From: Minisyncoccota bacterium | GTDB lineage: Bacteria > Patescibacteriota > Minisyncoccia > Phycocordibacterales > UBA5272 | Direction of reading: 5' to 3' | Length of the DNA: 64,000 nt | Assembly (NCBI GenBank): GCA_041651055.1 | Contig: JBAZJW010000001.1 | Span: forward strand, 84,737 to 148,736 | Part shown: positions 50,913 to 59,420 of the stretch, one piece after another | Layout: every line of letters begins with the position of its first letter | How positions within the stretch are numbered: the stretch's first letter is position 1 | Position numbers and translations under genes: made by a program | Notes under the pieces: generated by a model | The model's database searches: none | What the model was told of the DNA's origin: nothing | Seen by the model: only the letters and a program-made list of their open reading frames with translations

Positions 50913-51263
50913 ATGAAAGATCAAGAATTTGTTGAATACGTAGTGAAAGCTTTAGTGGATAATCCCGATCAGGTGAAAGTAGAACGACGAGTTGATGAAA
51001 TGGGTGTGCTTATTACTCTTGATGTTGGTGCGGAAGACATGGGAAAGATAATAGGACGCGATGGTGCGACAGCAAAAGCGCTCCGCACACTTCTTCGTGT
51101 TGTTGGAATGAAAAATAATGCTCGTGTGAATTTGAAAATTAATGAACCAGAAGGACGCGCCCCACAAATGATAAAGGAAGAAGAAATTGGAAGCCAATCA
51201 TATACACCACGATATGATACTTCTGATGTTGATGCTGTTATGCAGGACCTGAAAGGGATTTGA
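50913..51263 (+). CDS. khpA: KH-domain RNA-binding protein KhpA
   Basis: LVDNPD.V, DMGKIIGRDGATAKALRTLL; lies after rpsP. Confidence 0.9.
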   Translation: MKDQEFVEYVVKALVDNPDQVKVERRVDEMGVLITLDVGAEDMGKIIGRDGATAKALRTLLRVVGMKNNARVNLKINEPEGRAPQMIKEEEIGSQSYTPRYDTSDVDAVMQDLKGI

Positions 51264-51380
51264 GTTAAAATCACTCCATCTACTTTGTCGCTACAGAATT
51301 TTTCTCAGTCGACGTACTAAATGTACGCCTTCTTTGAAAAATTCCTAAGCTTCGCGTATCTGGAACAATTTTAACTCAAA
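51259..51380. repeat. Long imperfect palindrome (MITE-like family B), copy 2
   Basis: TTTGAGTTAAAAT...ATTTTAACTCAAA, ATCTACTTTGTCGC..GAATTTTT..CGTAC-TAAAT-GTACG..AAAAATTC..CGCGTATCT. Confidence 0.7.
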
Positions 51381-51434
51381 TCAATTCGATCGTTAGTAAT
51401 AAAAAAAGAGCACCAGGGGTGCTCGGGGTTTCCC

Positions 51435-51560
51435 TTATTGCTCCGGAGATTCCGGCTGAGGGTTTTGGGGTGTTTGAGGCTGTTGCTTTGGCAGAAAAGC
51501 CCACCAAGCCGGATAGGGGTGCTCGACCCCTTTTTGTTCGGTTTGTTTTTCTTGGGCCAT
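51435..51560 (-). CDS. 41-aa P/Q-rich microprotein (cassette 10, gene 2)
   Basis: MAQEKQTEQKGVEHPYPAWWAFLPKQQPQTPQNPQPESPEQ. GAGGTG SD overlaps the upstream stop. Terminator 51400-51424. Not in the ORF track. Confidence 0.5.
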   Translation of the reverse strand: MAQEKQTEQKGVEHPYPAWWAFLPKQQPQTPQNPQPESPEQ

Positions 51561-51562
51561 GC

Positions 51563-51688
51563 TCACCTCTTCGAGAAGGCAAGAACAACAGCACCAACAG
51601 CAACAATCGCCACACAGACGATAGAAGCCAGAAAGAGGAGTCCTTTCGAGGTCTCCACGATGCTGCGAAGCCTGCTTTCGTGTTTCAT
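51563..51688 (-). CDS. 41-aa single-TM microprotein (cassette 10, gene 1)
   Basis: MKHESRLRSIVETSKGLLFLASIVCVAIVAVGAVVLAFSKR. AGGAG SD and promoter TTGACA-17-TAAAAT (51745-51717). Not in the ORF track. Confidence 0.6.
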   Translation of the reverse strand: MKHESRLRSIVETSKGLLFLASIVCVAIVAVGAVVLAFSKR

Positions 51689-51750
51689 ACTTTTCTCCTG
51701 GTAGTTGACGTTTTATATTTTACATATTTTATGATATACTGTCAATAATT

Positions 51751-52470
51751 ATGAATTACCACGTGGTGACAATTTTCCCGAACATGCTCGACTCTTATTT
51801 TTCGGAGTCGATTATTTATCGTGCTATAGAAAATAAATTGATAGAAGTAAACACCTATGCGCTTCGTGACTATACGGTAGATAAGCATCGCCGCGTTGAT
51901 GGTCGTCCGTATGGAGGAGGACCTGGTATGGTGATGTGGGTTGATCCACTCATTCGTTGTGTCGAAGACATACAAAAGAAAATAGAAAAAAGAGATAAGA
52001 AACTTAGTTTTAAGAAATCTAAAACGACTAACGACAAACGAAGAACGACTAACGTTTTGGTTGTTATCTTTAACGCTGGGGGAACAATGTTTACCAACAC
52101 CCTTGCTCAGACGTCAGCCAAAAAGTATACCGACATTATTTTCATTTGTGGAAGATATGAAGGGGTGGATTCTCGTGTGAAAAAGATCCTGAAGGCCAAA
52201 GAGTGGAGTATAGGGGAATACGTGCTCACAGGCGGAGAATTGCCTGCCATGGTGTGTATTGATGCAATATCGCGTCAGATTAAAGGAGTGCTCAACGACG
52301 AGCTCTCGCTCGAAGAAAAGCGTATGGCATCACACGAGATTTATGCACGCCCAGAAGTGTATGAATATGCTGGTAAAAAGTATCGCGTACCAAAAGTCCT
52401 TTTATCAGGAAACCATAAGTTGATTGATGAGTATAGGGCAAAGAAAGAAAATAAAATTGGAAAAAAGTAA
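51751..52470 (+). CDS. trmD: tRNA (guanine-N1)-methyltransferase TrmD
   Basis: VDGRPYGGGPGMVM, ICGRYEGVD, SIGEYVLTGGELPAM, VPKVLLSGNH. Confidence 0.96.
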   Translation: MNYHVVTIFPNMLDSYFSESIIYRAIENKLIEVNTYALRDYTVDKHRRVDGRPYGGGPGMVMWVDPLIRCVEDIQKKIEKRDKKLSFKKSKTTNDKRRTTNVLVVIFNAGGTMFTNTLAQTSAKKYTDIIFICGRYEGVDSRVKKILKAKEWSIGEYVLTGGELPAMVCIDAISRQIKGVLNDELSLEEKRMASHEIYARPEVYEYAGKKYRVPKVLLSGNHKLIDEYRAKKENKIGKK

Positions 52471-52523
52471 TTGAATTGATTTTTTTGTTAGCTGTAACCC
52501 ATAACCTGTAAACTATTTAAAAC

Positions 52524-52736
52524 ATGTACCTAAAAATAAAAGTAATCTCAGACGCACGTTCTGAAAAAATAGAAAAGCGATCTGAAAACGATTGGCGTGT
52601 TTGGGTTAAAGCACCAGCAGAACATAACGCCGCGAATACTCGTGTTCTTGAAATTGTGCGAGAGGATTATCCTGGTGAACTTGTTCGTATTGTGAGTGGT
52701 CATCACTCTCCTTCAAAAATTGTGAGTATCGGGTAA
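52524..52736 (+). CDS. DUF167 (YggU-like) protein
   Basis: VKAPAEHNAAN, IVSGHHSPSK. Confidence 0.8.
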   Translation: MYLKIKVISDARSEKIEKRSENDWRVWVKAPAEHNAANTRVLEIVREDYPGELVRIVSGHHSPSKIVSIG

Positions 52737-52768
52737 TTCTGGTAGAATAGTGTGCACTTGTTTGTTAT

Positions 52769-52911
52769 GCCGATGTAGCTCGAGACGGCTCGGCCGCGAA
52801 GATGTCGAAAGTTAGCAAACTTTCGAAACGGATGAATCAGCAGATTCATGGCTTGGCCATAAGTAGATTATCAAAACGTGTATAAAGTTAGTGGGTAGTT
52901 GGATAATATAA
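52769..52911 (+). mobile_element. tRNA 5'-anchored structured element (family T5), copy 1
   Basis: Starts with an exact copy of nt 1-13 of the downstream tRNA (GCCGATGTAGCTC). The core is highly similar to 55273-55416. Mobility is inferred. Confidence 0.7.
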
Positions 52912-52987
52912 GCCGATGTAGCTCAGTTGGTAGAGCACGTCATTGGTAATGACGAGGTCAGCAGTTCAATTCTGCTCATCGGCTCCA
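52912..52987 (+). tRNA. tRNA-Thr(GGT)
   Basis: Cloverleaf with CGTCA-TTGGTAA-TGACG; ends in CCA. Confidence 0.96.
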
Positions 52988-53268
52988 AAAAAATAAGCGA
53001 AGCCATTTTTTAGAGCTGTTGAGCCTAAAATTCGCAGAGTGAATTTTAGGTAGACATGAACTGCTTCATGTCTTACAGAATTGAATGGGCGCAGTTCAAG
53101 GAGCGAAGAGCGACGAAGATGTCCGTAGCCAGCAGGCGTAGGACAAAAATAGATAGAGCAAGCGAAACCACGAGCGGCGGGTGATTAGTAAATCATGCCG
53201 AGAGGCCAAAGCGAGTTCGTCGAGTGGCGACGAGATGAAACTTGTAGTCGGTTCTGATCATCGTCTCA
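52988..53268 (+). mobile_element. tRNA 3'-anchored structured element (family T3), copy 2
   Basis: Ends in a 14/16 copy of the tRNA-Thr 3' end (53252-53267). Contains antisense T-arm CAGAATTGAA and the shared motif at 53172-53200. Mobility is inferred. Confidence 0.65.
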
Positions 53269-53325
53269 GAATCGTTTTCTTTCCCAGCAGTATCCCAATC
53301 TTTCCTTTCAGGGTATCATATGCAC

Positions 53326-54366
53326 ATGACCTCGACACTTGCGAAAGTAAATATTATATCTTTCGGACTTCTTGCATTCATTATTGCTGGATACCTCGCT
53401 ATTCATCTTTCTGCGCGCGAAGTTTTTATCCGGGAATTTTTGGCGCCTGAACCAGAAAGAACAAAGCCTCTTCTTTTTACGGGAGATATTATGCTCGGAA
53501 GGCACGTGGAAGATCTTATGAACAAAAATGGGTTAGCGTATCCTTTTGCGAGTACAACAGATTTTTTGAAAAGTCACGTAACAATTTCAAATCTAGAAGG
53601 GCCCATACCAGAAGAACATATTCCTACAAAAACAAATGGGATGACTTTTTCATTTCCATCGCGTACACCAACCGTCTTGAAAGAAAATGGCATAGCTGCT
53701 GTTTCTTTAGCGAATAATCATGCACTTGATCAAAAGGTTTCTGGGTATGAATACACTAAGCTTATTCTCGATCACGAAGGTGTCGCTCATTTCGGAGGCT
53801 ACAGCACGACTGTGCCAGATTATTTTGAAACGCATATCGGTACAACGTCCGTCGTTGTTTATGGTATTAATATGATTTCGAGTACATGGAACATAAGAAC
53901 GGCGTATCGCGTCACTGAAGATTTACAGAAAGAATTTCCAGATTCCGTTCTCATTGCATTTATTCATTGGGGTAATGAATATGATTTAAAGCAAGGTGTA
54001 CAACAAGAAGAGTTTGCTCACGCTCTTATCGACAGGGGGGTCGACTCCATTGTCGGCTCGCATCCACATGTTATGCAAGGTGTGGAACTATACAAAGGTG
54101 TACCTATTTTTTATTCACTCGGAAATTTTATTTTTGATCAGTATTTCTCTCAAGATGTAGAGCGGGGATATACGCTTGCTCTTGATAAAAAAGATGAGAT
54201 GCTCATCTATTCGATCATTCCAATTATGAGTGATCACAGTCGCCCATATTTTCCTTCACAAGAAATGTCTCAAAATATTCTCTCAGTGATCGCAAGTAAT
54301 TCAAGTAAAGACTTACAAAATCTTGTGGAGAAAGGGGAGATCATTGTGCCACTTCTGTTCAAATAA
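53326..54366 (+). CDS. CapA-family (poly-gamma-glutamate synthesis-like) metallophosphatase
   Basis: GDIMLGR, NLEGP, SLANNHALD, HWGNEY, GSHPHV, YSLGNFIFDQ. Confidence 0.9.
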   Translation: MTSTLAKVNIISFGLLAFIIAGYLAIHLSAREVFIREFLAPEPERTKPLLFTGDIMLGRHVEDLMNKNGLAYPFASTTDFLKSHVTISNLEGPIPEEHIPTKTNGMTFSFPSRTPTVLKENGIAAVSLANNHALDQKVSGYEYTKLILDHEGVAHFGGYSTTVPDYFETHIGTTSVVVYGINMISSTWNIRTAYRVTEDLQKEFPDSVLIAFIHWGNEYDLKQGVQQEEFAHALIDRGVDSIVGSHPHVMQGVELYKGVPIFYSLGNFIFDQYFSQDVERGYTLALDKKDEMLIYSIIPIMSDHSRPYFPSQEMSQNILSVIASNSSKDLQNLVEKGEIIVPLLFK

Positions 54367-54399
54367 TCGCTACATTATCTCTAAAACTTCTGTTTCCCA

Positions 54400-54462
54400 T
54401 GTCATTCCAAACTTGATTTGGAATCCAGTGGACACTGGACCCCAATTGTCATTGGGGTGACA
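54400..54462. repeat. GTCATTCC-type palindromic repeat (family C), copy 1
   Basis: TGTCATTCCAAA-CTTGA-TTTGGAATCCAG..CTGGACCCCAAT..ATTGGGGTGACA. Confidence 0.7.
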
Positions 54463-54477
54463 AAAACAAGGACGAAG

Positions 54478-55095
54478 TTACAGTTCTATTGTGTGCACGC
54501 TTGTATTATCGATGGGGAATTGTGAAGGATTAAAAACGGTTAGTGCGTGAAGCTCTTTGAGTTCTTCCAAATCTTCATCTGAAAGGTCTACACTTCCTCG
54601 TTCTTTAACTTTTTGGAGATATGTCTTTAGTCCATAAATAAATCTTCCATGACTAAAAATAGCAATCGTTTTCTCTTCTCGTCCTTCTAATTTTTTTACT
54701 AATCTTTTCATGCGAGCAATGAGCTCTGAAAAAGATTCAACACCCTCACCAGTCTTATGATGAATATCCGCATGCCTCCAGTAATCGATAGCAATTTTCT
54801 GCCTTTCTTTTTGATCAGCATCGTTGTAGAGTCGCGGATCAAGATAGGTGAATTCTTCCACATCCCATATTTCCACAGGGATCGATGGGTTCTTGGCGAT
54901 GAAAGGTTCTGCCGTTTCTCTTGTGCGTGAAAACGAAGAGAGAACAATGAGATCGGGGATTACGTCTAATGTTTCGGCTAAGACCTGTGCCTGCAGACGA
55001 CCTTTTTCTGAAAGCGGAATCGCATCGTGTGTATCAATTTTCCCGCCAGCATTACCGACACTTTCCGCGTGCCTGATAATAAGAATTTTCTTCAT
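54478..55095 (-). CDS. Histidine phosphatase (phosphoglycerate mutase family)
   Basis: IRHAES, LSEKG..QA, SS..R..ETA, ESF, SHG. Confidence 0.9.
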   Translation of the reverse strand: MKKILIIRHAESVGNAGGKIDTHDAIPLSEKGRLQAQVLAETLDVIPDLIVLSSFSRTRETAEPFIAKNPSIPVEIWDVEEFTYLDPRLYNDADQKERQKIAIDYWRHADIHHKTGEGVESFSELIARMKRLVKKLEGREEKTIAIFSHGRFIYGLKTYLQKVKERGSVDLSDEDLEELKELHALTVFNPSQFPIDNTSVHTIEL

Positions 55096-55191
55096 GGTTC
55101 TTATTTTATCATACTTGGTACGGGCTTTAATAAAAGCAATAATATGTTAGAATATTTAAACTTAGTTCATGATCAATCATTTTTTTGAATT

Positions 55192-55229
55192 TGTCATTCC
55201 AGCGAAGGCTGGAATCCAGGTTCTGGATT
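55192..55229. repeat. GTCATTCC-type palindromic repeat (family C), copy 2 (partial)
   Basis: TGTCATTCCAGC-GAAG-GCTGGAATCCAGGTTCTGGATT. Confidence 0.7.
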
Positions 55230-55272
55230 GTCAAAATGTGTGCAAGGTTAGAGGGCAATGAAAATATAATAA

Positions 55273-55416
55273 GTCAGAGTAGCTCGAGACGGCTCGGCCG
55301 CGAAGGTGTCGAAAGTTAGCAAACTTTCGACACAGTTGAATCACCAGATTCATGGCTTGGCCATAAGTAGATTCTTAAAATGTGTAAAAAGTTAGTAGGT
55401 AATGAAAATAAAATAA
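55273..55416 (+). mobile_element. tRNA 5'-anchored structured element (family T5), copy 2
   Basis: Starts with a 12/13 copy of nt 1-13 of the downstream tRNA (GTCAGAGTAGCTC vs GCCAGAGTAGCTC). Mobility is inferred. Confidence 0.7.
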
Positions 55417-55492
55417 GCCAGAGTAGCTCAATTGGTAGAGCACCGGTATCGTAAATCGTAGGTTGCCGGTTCAAGTCCGGCCTCTGGCTCCA
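55417..55492 (+). tRNA. tRNA-Thr(CGT)
   Basis: GCCAGAG/CTCTGGC acceptor stem, anticodon loop ATCGTAA, GGTTCAAGTCC, CCA end. Confidence 0.88.
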
Positions 55493-55578
55493 AAAATAAA
55501 ATAGTAATGATAAGTAGACAAAAGGTCTTTTTTTGGATAGTGTAAGGGCTGTTCTTAACCAACCCAAGGGAGGTCAAA

Positions 55579-55908
55579 ATGGAAAAACCAAGTATAGACA
55601 CTCCTTTGGTTCGTCACGTTCTCGAATGCGTGGAATCGGTAGAGGGGTCTCGAAAAACAGCACAAGAAATCAAGACCATGTACGAAAAAAGGAACCCTCC
55701 ACTTTCGTGGATGCGCAGTGCTTCTGGAGCTCTCGTGTCTTTGGAAAATATAGAGTGGGCTCTCAAGTTTTTGGCAGAGGCCAAGTACATACAACGAGAG
55801 CTTACCCGTTTCTATGATTTCGAGAGAGGGGACTCCGAAATGAAAGAAGATACCTGGATGTATTTCAAAAAGAAAAAAGAGATACCTCCTCCACCCCGTA
55901 AGAAGTAA
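55579..55908 (+). CDS. Orphan protein, possibly winged-HTH, 109 aa (cassette 11)
   Basis: GGAGG SD, promoter TAGACA-17-TAGTGT (55515-55543), terminator AGCACCGCT-CCAAA-AGCGGTGCT. Helix pattern IEWALKFLAEAKYIQR. Confidence 0.65.
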   Translation: MEKPSIDTPLVRHVLECVESVEGSRKTAQEIKTMYEKRNPPLSWMRSASGALVSLENIEWALKFLAEAKYIQRELTRFYDFERGDSEMKEDTWMYFKKKKEIPPPPRKK

Positions 55909-55963
55909 CAGCACCGCTCCAAAAGCGGTGCTAAATTTTTATGTACTTGCTATAATACTGATA

Positions 55964-56836
55964 ATGTCAGATATATCTCAAGAAATTTCAGAACTTGAAG
56001 CCCGTATGAATGAGGGTTCTTTTTGGAATGATAAAGAAAAGGCTCAAGAGGTGATTAAGAGAATTAAAGAACTAAAGGATCAGAGCGACGGTGTGAACGC
56101 GCTCGATAAAGGGAATGCTATCATGACGCTCCTAGCTGGTGCAGGCGGGGATGATAGTGAAGATTTCGCACGGATGCTTTTTGAAATGTATGATGCTTAT
56201 TTTTCAATAAAGGGATTCACATATGCCGTACTTCATGAAAACAAAAATGATCACGGCGGGTACAGAAATCTTACGATAGAAATAACAGGCAAGAATGCGT
56301 ACGGCACACTCAAAAATGAATCAGGTGTACATCGTCTCGTGCGTATTTCACCGTTTAATGCACAAGCCAAGCGTCACACTTCATTTGCTATGGTAGAAGT
56401 GCTGCCTATTATTCCTGCTGCAGAACGTAAACCATTTTCACCAGAAGAAATTCGTATCGAAACATCAAAAGCAGGTGGTCCAGGTGGGCAAAATGTAAAT
56501 AAGCGTGAGACAGCGGTGCGTGTTATTCATATTGCGACAAATATTTCTGTGCATGTGGCGACCGAACGTCAACAAGAACAGAATAGACAAAAGGCCTTAG
56601 AAATTCTTCAGTCCAAACTTTTTAAATTAGAAGAAGAAAAACGAAAAGCAGAGATAGAAGGGCGACAGATTAGTAAGACGACAGAAATAGAATGGGGGAA
56701 TCAAATACGTTCGTACGTGCTTCATCCGTACAAAATGGTAAAAGATCACCGCACTGAGTATGAGACGAGTGATGTAGAAGGTGTTTTGGAAAAAGGTCAA
56801 CTCGAACCCTTTATCGAAGCAGAGAAAGGGTTGTAG
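55964..56836 (+). CDS. prfB: Peptide chain release factor 2 (short N-domain)
   Basis: ISPF recognition loop, GGQNVNK, WGNQIRSYV. Start revised to MSDIS. Confidence 0.92.
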   Translation: MSDISQEISELEARMNEGSFWNDKEKAQEVIKRIKELKDQSDGVNALDKGNAIMTLLAGAGGDDSEDFARMLFEMYDAYFSIKGFTYAVLHENKNDHGGYRNLTIEITGKNAYGTLKNESGVHRLVRISPFNAQAKRHTSFAMVEVLPIIPAAERKPFSPEEIRIETSKAGGPGGQNVNKRETAVRVIHIATNISVHVATERQQEQNRQKALEILQSKLFKLEEEKRKAEIEGRQISKTTEIEWGNQIRSYVLHPYKMVKDHRTEYETSDVEGVLEKGQLEPFIEAEKGL

Positions 56837-56936
56837 ATAAGTAAGCGGCCATAGTTAAGAACAGGTACTCAGGATATTCCCAGTTTACATTTTATTTTTC
56901 AACAAAAGCGCCACTGTCTGAGGTATACTCTTTTAT

Positions 56937-58193
56937 ATGCTAAGGACGTTAAGATTTTATTTTTTTATTTTTACAGTTTTGTTTCCTGGTGTTGCTTGGG
57001 CTTCCACTACAGACGGCACGATTGACGCTGCATATCATTATGCTTGGTCAGAAAATGCAGGCTGGATTGATTTTGGTTCATCTGCGGGCAATGTTCATGT
57101 AGCAGATACAATTCTCACCGGTTCTGTGTATGGTGAAAATATCGGATGGCTTACACTTAATCCTCAAACATATGGCGGTGTTACAAATGATGCAGCAGGT
57201 AATTTGTCTGGTTATGCATGGGGAGAAAATGTTGGTTGGGTAGATTTTTCGCGAGTAACTATCGGTTCTGATGGTATTTTCGCTGGTAGCGCATATAGTG
57301 AAAATATTGGCTGGATAACTTTTGGTACAGGTGACAATAAAGTGATGACAGATTGGCGACCCGCTTCTGGCAGAGTACCTCCTCCAGCCATAAGCATGGG
57401 CGGTGTATTTTCTATGCCTTCTCCTTCCGTGGTAGCGGCTCCTTATCAGAGCACCGCTCAAAAAGTTGAACCGGTTGTGCCCGCTGTACCGGCTGTACCA
57501 ACAACGCCTACCCCTCTTCTAAGTACGCCTTCTGCTCCAGTCAATTTTACAGCCCCAACCTCGATAGAGATACCTTCTAAAAATTTAGTTGTAGGATCAA
57601 GAGATCAAGGTGTTAAAGCGTTACAGAAATTTTTAAATACTCAAGGTTTTGTAATTTCTAAAACAGGAAACGGCTCACTTGGAAATGAAACTGAGTATTT
57701 TGGAACAGCAACACAGAAGGCTTTGTCTAAATTTCAAGCCGAGAATGGAATATACCCAGCTAATGGGTATTTTGGTCCAATCACAAAAAGGTTTATTGAA
57801 AATATAAGTCAGAATATAAAAATAGCTTCACCTGAAGTCACCATAATGGCACCTCCGCTTCCAGCAAATCCAAGCAACCTCGATGTAAAACCAGTGCCTC
57901 AAGCGTTACCCATTACCCCCATTATCATGGTAGATACTAAGCCAATTTTCACTAGAGATCTTACACTCGGCACATATGGAAGTGATGTGTTGGAACTTCA
58001 AAAGTTTCTTATCACTCGAAATAGTGGTAGTGCATCACGATCTTTAGCAGAAAATGCTCCCACTGAATATTTTGGACCCATTACTCAAGCTGCACTGATT
58101 GAATTTCAGGAACATAATAATATAACTCCTGCGCGCGGGTATTTCGGACCTAAGACAATAACCTTTATTAAAAATTTAGAATCGAATCCTTAA
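56937..58193 (+). CDS. Secreted protein with GxAWxENxGWI repeats and two peptidoglycan-binding domains
   Basis: Signal peptide, four W.EN.GW repeats, Pro-rich linkers, and two L..G..G.DV..LQKFL...YFG..TQ.AL..FQ units. Confidence 0.85.
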   Translation: MLRTLRFYFFIFTVLFPGVAWASTTDGTIDAAYHYAWSENAGWIDFGSSAGNVHVADTILTGSVYGENIGWLTLNPQTYGGVTNDAAGNLSGYAWGENVGWVDFSRVTIGSDGIFAGSAYSENIGWITFGTGDNKVMTDWRPASGRVPPPAISMGGVFSMPSPSVVAAPYQSTAQKVEPVVPAVPAVPTTPTPLLSTPSAPVNFTAPTSIEIPSKNLVVGSRDQGVKALQKFLNTQGFVISKTGNGSLGNETEYFGTATQKALSKFQAENGIYPANGYFGPITKRFIENISQNIKIASPEVTIMAPPLPANPSNLDVKPVPQALPITPIIMVDTKPIFTRDLTLGTYGSDVLELQKFLITRNSGSASRSLAENAPTEYFGPITQAALIEFQEHNNITPARGYFGPKTITFIKNLESNP

Positions 58194-58215
58194 GATTAGT
58201 ATCAATAAAATAAAT

Positions 58216-59322
58216 ATGAAAAACAATATCACAAAACACATAAAAACAATACTAGTAACTAGCTTCCTTTCAGGAAGTTTAGTTACGCTTGGATTAACTA
58301 TGTCGTACGCTGGGACACTTACTCCACCAGGGGCACCAGCAAACACTATGTATACTTTGACTGATATTTTTAATCTTTCAGGTGGGACAACTACAACATT
58401 AGGAACAGGGGCCATACCCACAACACCTAGTTCGGTATTGACTACATTTAAAACATTAACCGAAATCTATGATGCTATTTCAACACAAATAACAAACCTT
58501 GCAAACGCGAAGATTGCAAGCGGTATAAGTGCTTTTGGATTCATCGGTACATTATTTGGTGATACAGATGCTTCCAAAGTTCTGACATCTGCTACCTATG
58601 CAGGTACGATTCCTGTCAAAGTAAATGATAATCCAGTGACGGGTGGTACAGCTTCTAGTACATCTCTCTTGCTTACCCCTCCGCTTGGATATTACGATGG
58701 AGTTGCGACTGTATCTACCACGTCTGCTAATTTTATCGCAGGGAATATTAAAAGTGGTGTAACGTTATTTGGAACACTCGGCACGTACTCTTCAGGTGGT
58801 GCGTCTAGTGCTCAGCCTCTCAAAACCAACCAGACTAGCTGTTTTGATGCCGCAGGTACCATTATTTCATGTACTGGCACTGGACAAGATGGAGAATATC
58901 AAAAGGGTGCCGCACGGTCATACACTGACCCAGGTGATGGTACCATCACTGACAACACTACGGGTCTTACATGGAAGAAATGCTCACAAGGACTTTCTGG
59001 AGCCACCTGTCAAACGGGAACCATTACATCTTACACTTGGATTAACGCCCTTGCTGAATGTGAGGCAGATTCAACTGCTGGACAAACCGATTGGCGTCTT
59101 CCGAATGTCTATGAACTTTACTCCCTGGTTGATTTTCTTAGCTTTAGTAGTCCAGTCATAGACTCCGTTTACTTTCCTAACACTAACACTTCCTTCTACT
59201 GGACTTCTACTACTCGTCGTAGCAATCCTTCTTATGCTATGTATGTGAGTTTTTCTACCGCATACAACACAAACCACACCTTTAAGAGTACTACCTACAT
59301 GGTCCGCTGTGTTCGAGGGTAA
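58216..59322 (+). CDS. Secreted DUF1566 (Lcl C-terminal, C-type-lectin fold) protein; candidate DGR target
   Basis: D.GDGTITDNTTGLTW, DWRLPNVYELYSL, YWTST..A.YVSF..K...MVRCVRG-stop. Confidence 0.85.
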   Translation: MKNNITKHIKTILVTSFLSGSLVTLGLTMSYAGTLTPPGAPANTMYTLTDIFNLSGGTTTTLGTGAIPTTPSSVLTTFKTLTEIYDAISTQITNLANAKIASGISAFGFIGTLFGDTDASKVLTSATYAGTIPVKVNDNPVTGGTASSTSLLLTPPLGYYDGVATVSTTSANFIAGNIKSGVTLFGTLGTYSSGGASSAQPLKTNQTSCFDAAGTIISCTGTGQDGEYQKGAARSYTDPGDGTITDNTTGLTWKKCSQGLSGATCQTGTITSYTWINALAECEADSTAGQTDWRLPNVYELYSLVDFLSFSSPVIDSVYFPNTNTSFYWTSTTRRSNPSYAMYVSFSTAYNTNHTFKSTTYMVRCVRG

Positions 59323-59420
59323 ATAAAAGCACGTCTAAGTTTTTAACGTTTAATCTACGAATTAGTCAGCATATTTCTATCCACTGATTGTGAAAAGACA
59401 GGATGTGCTACAATAAAACT

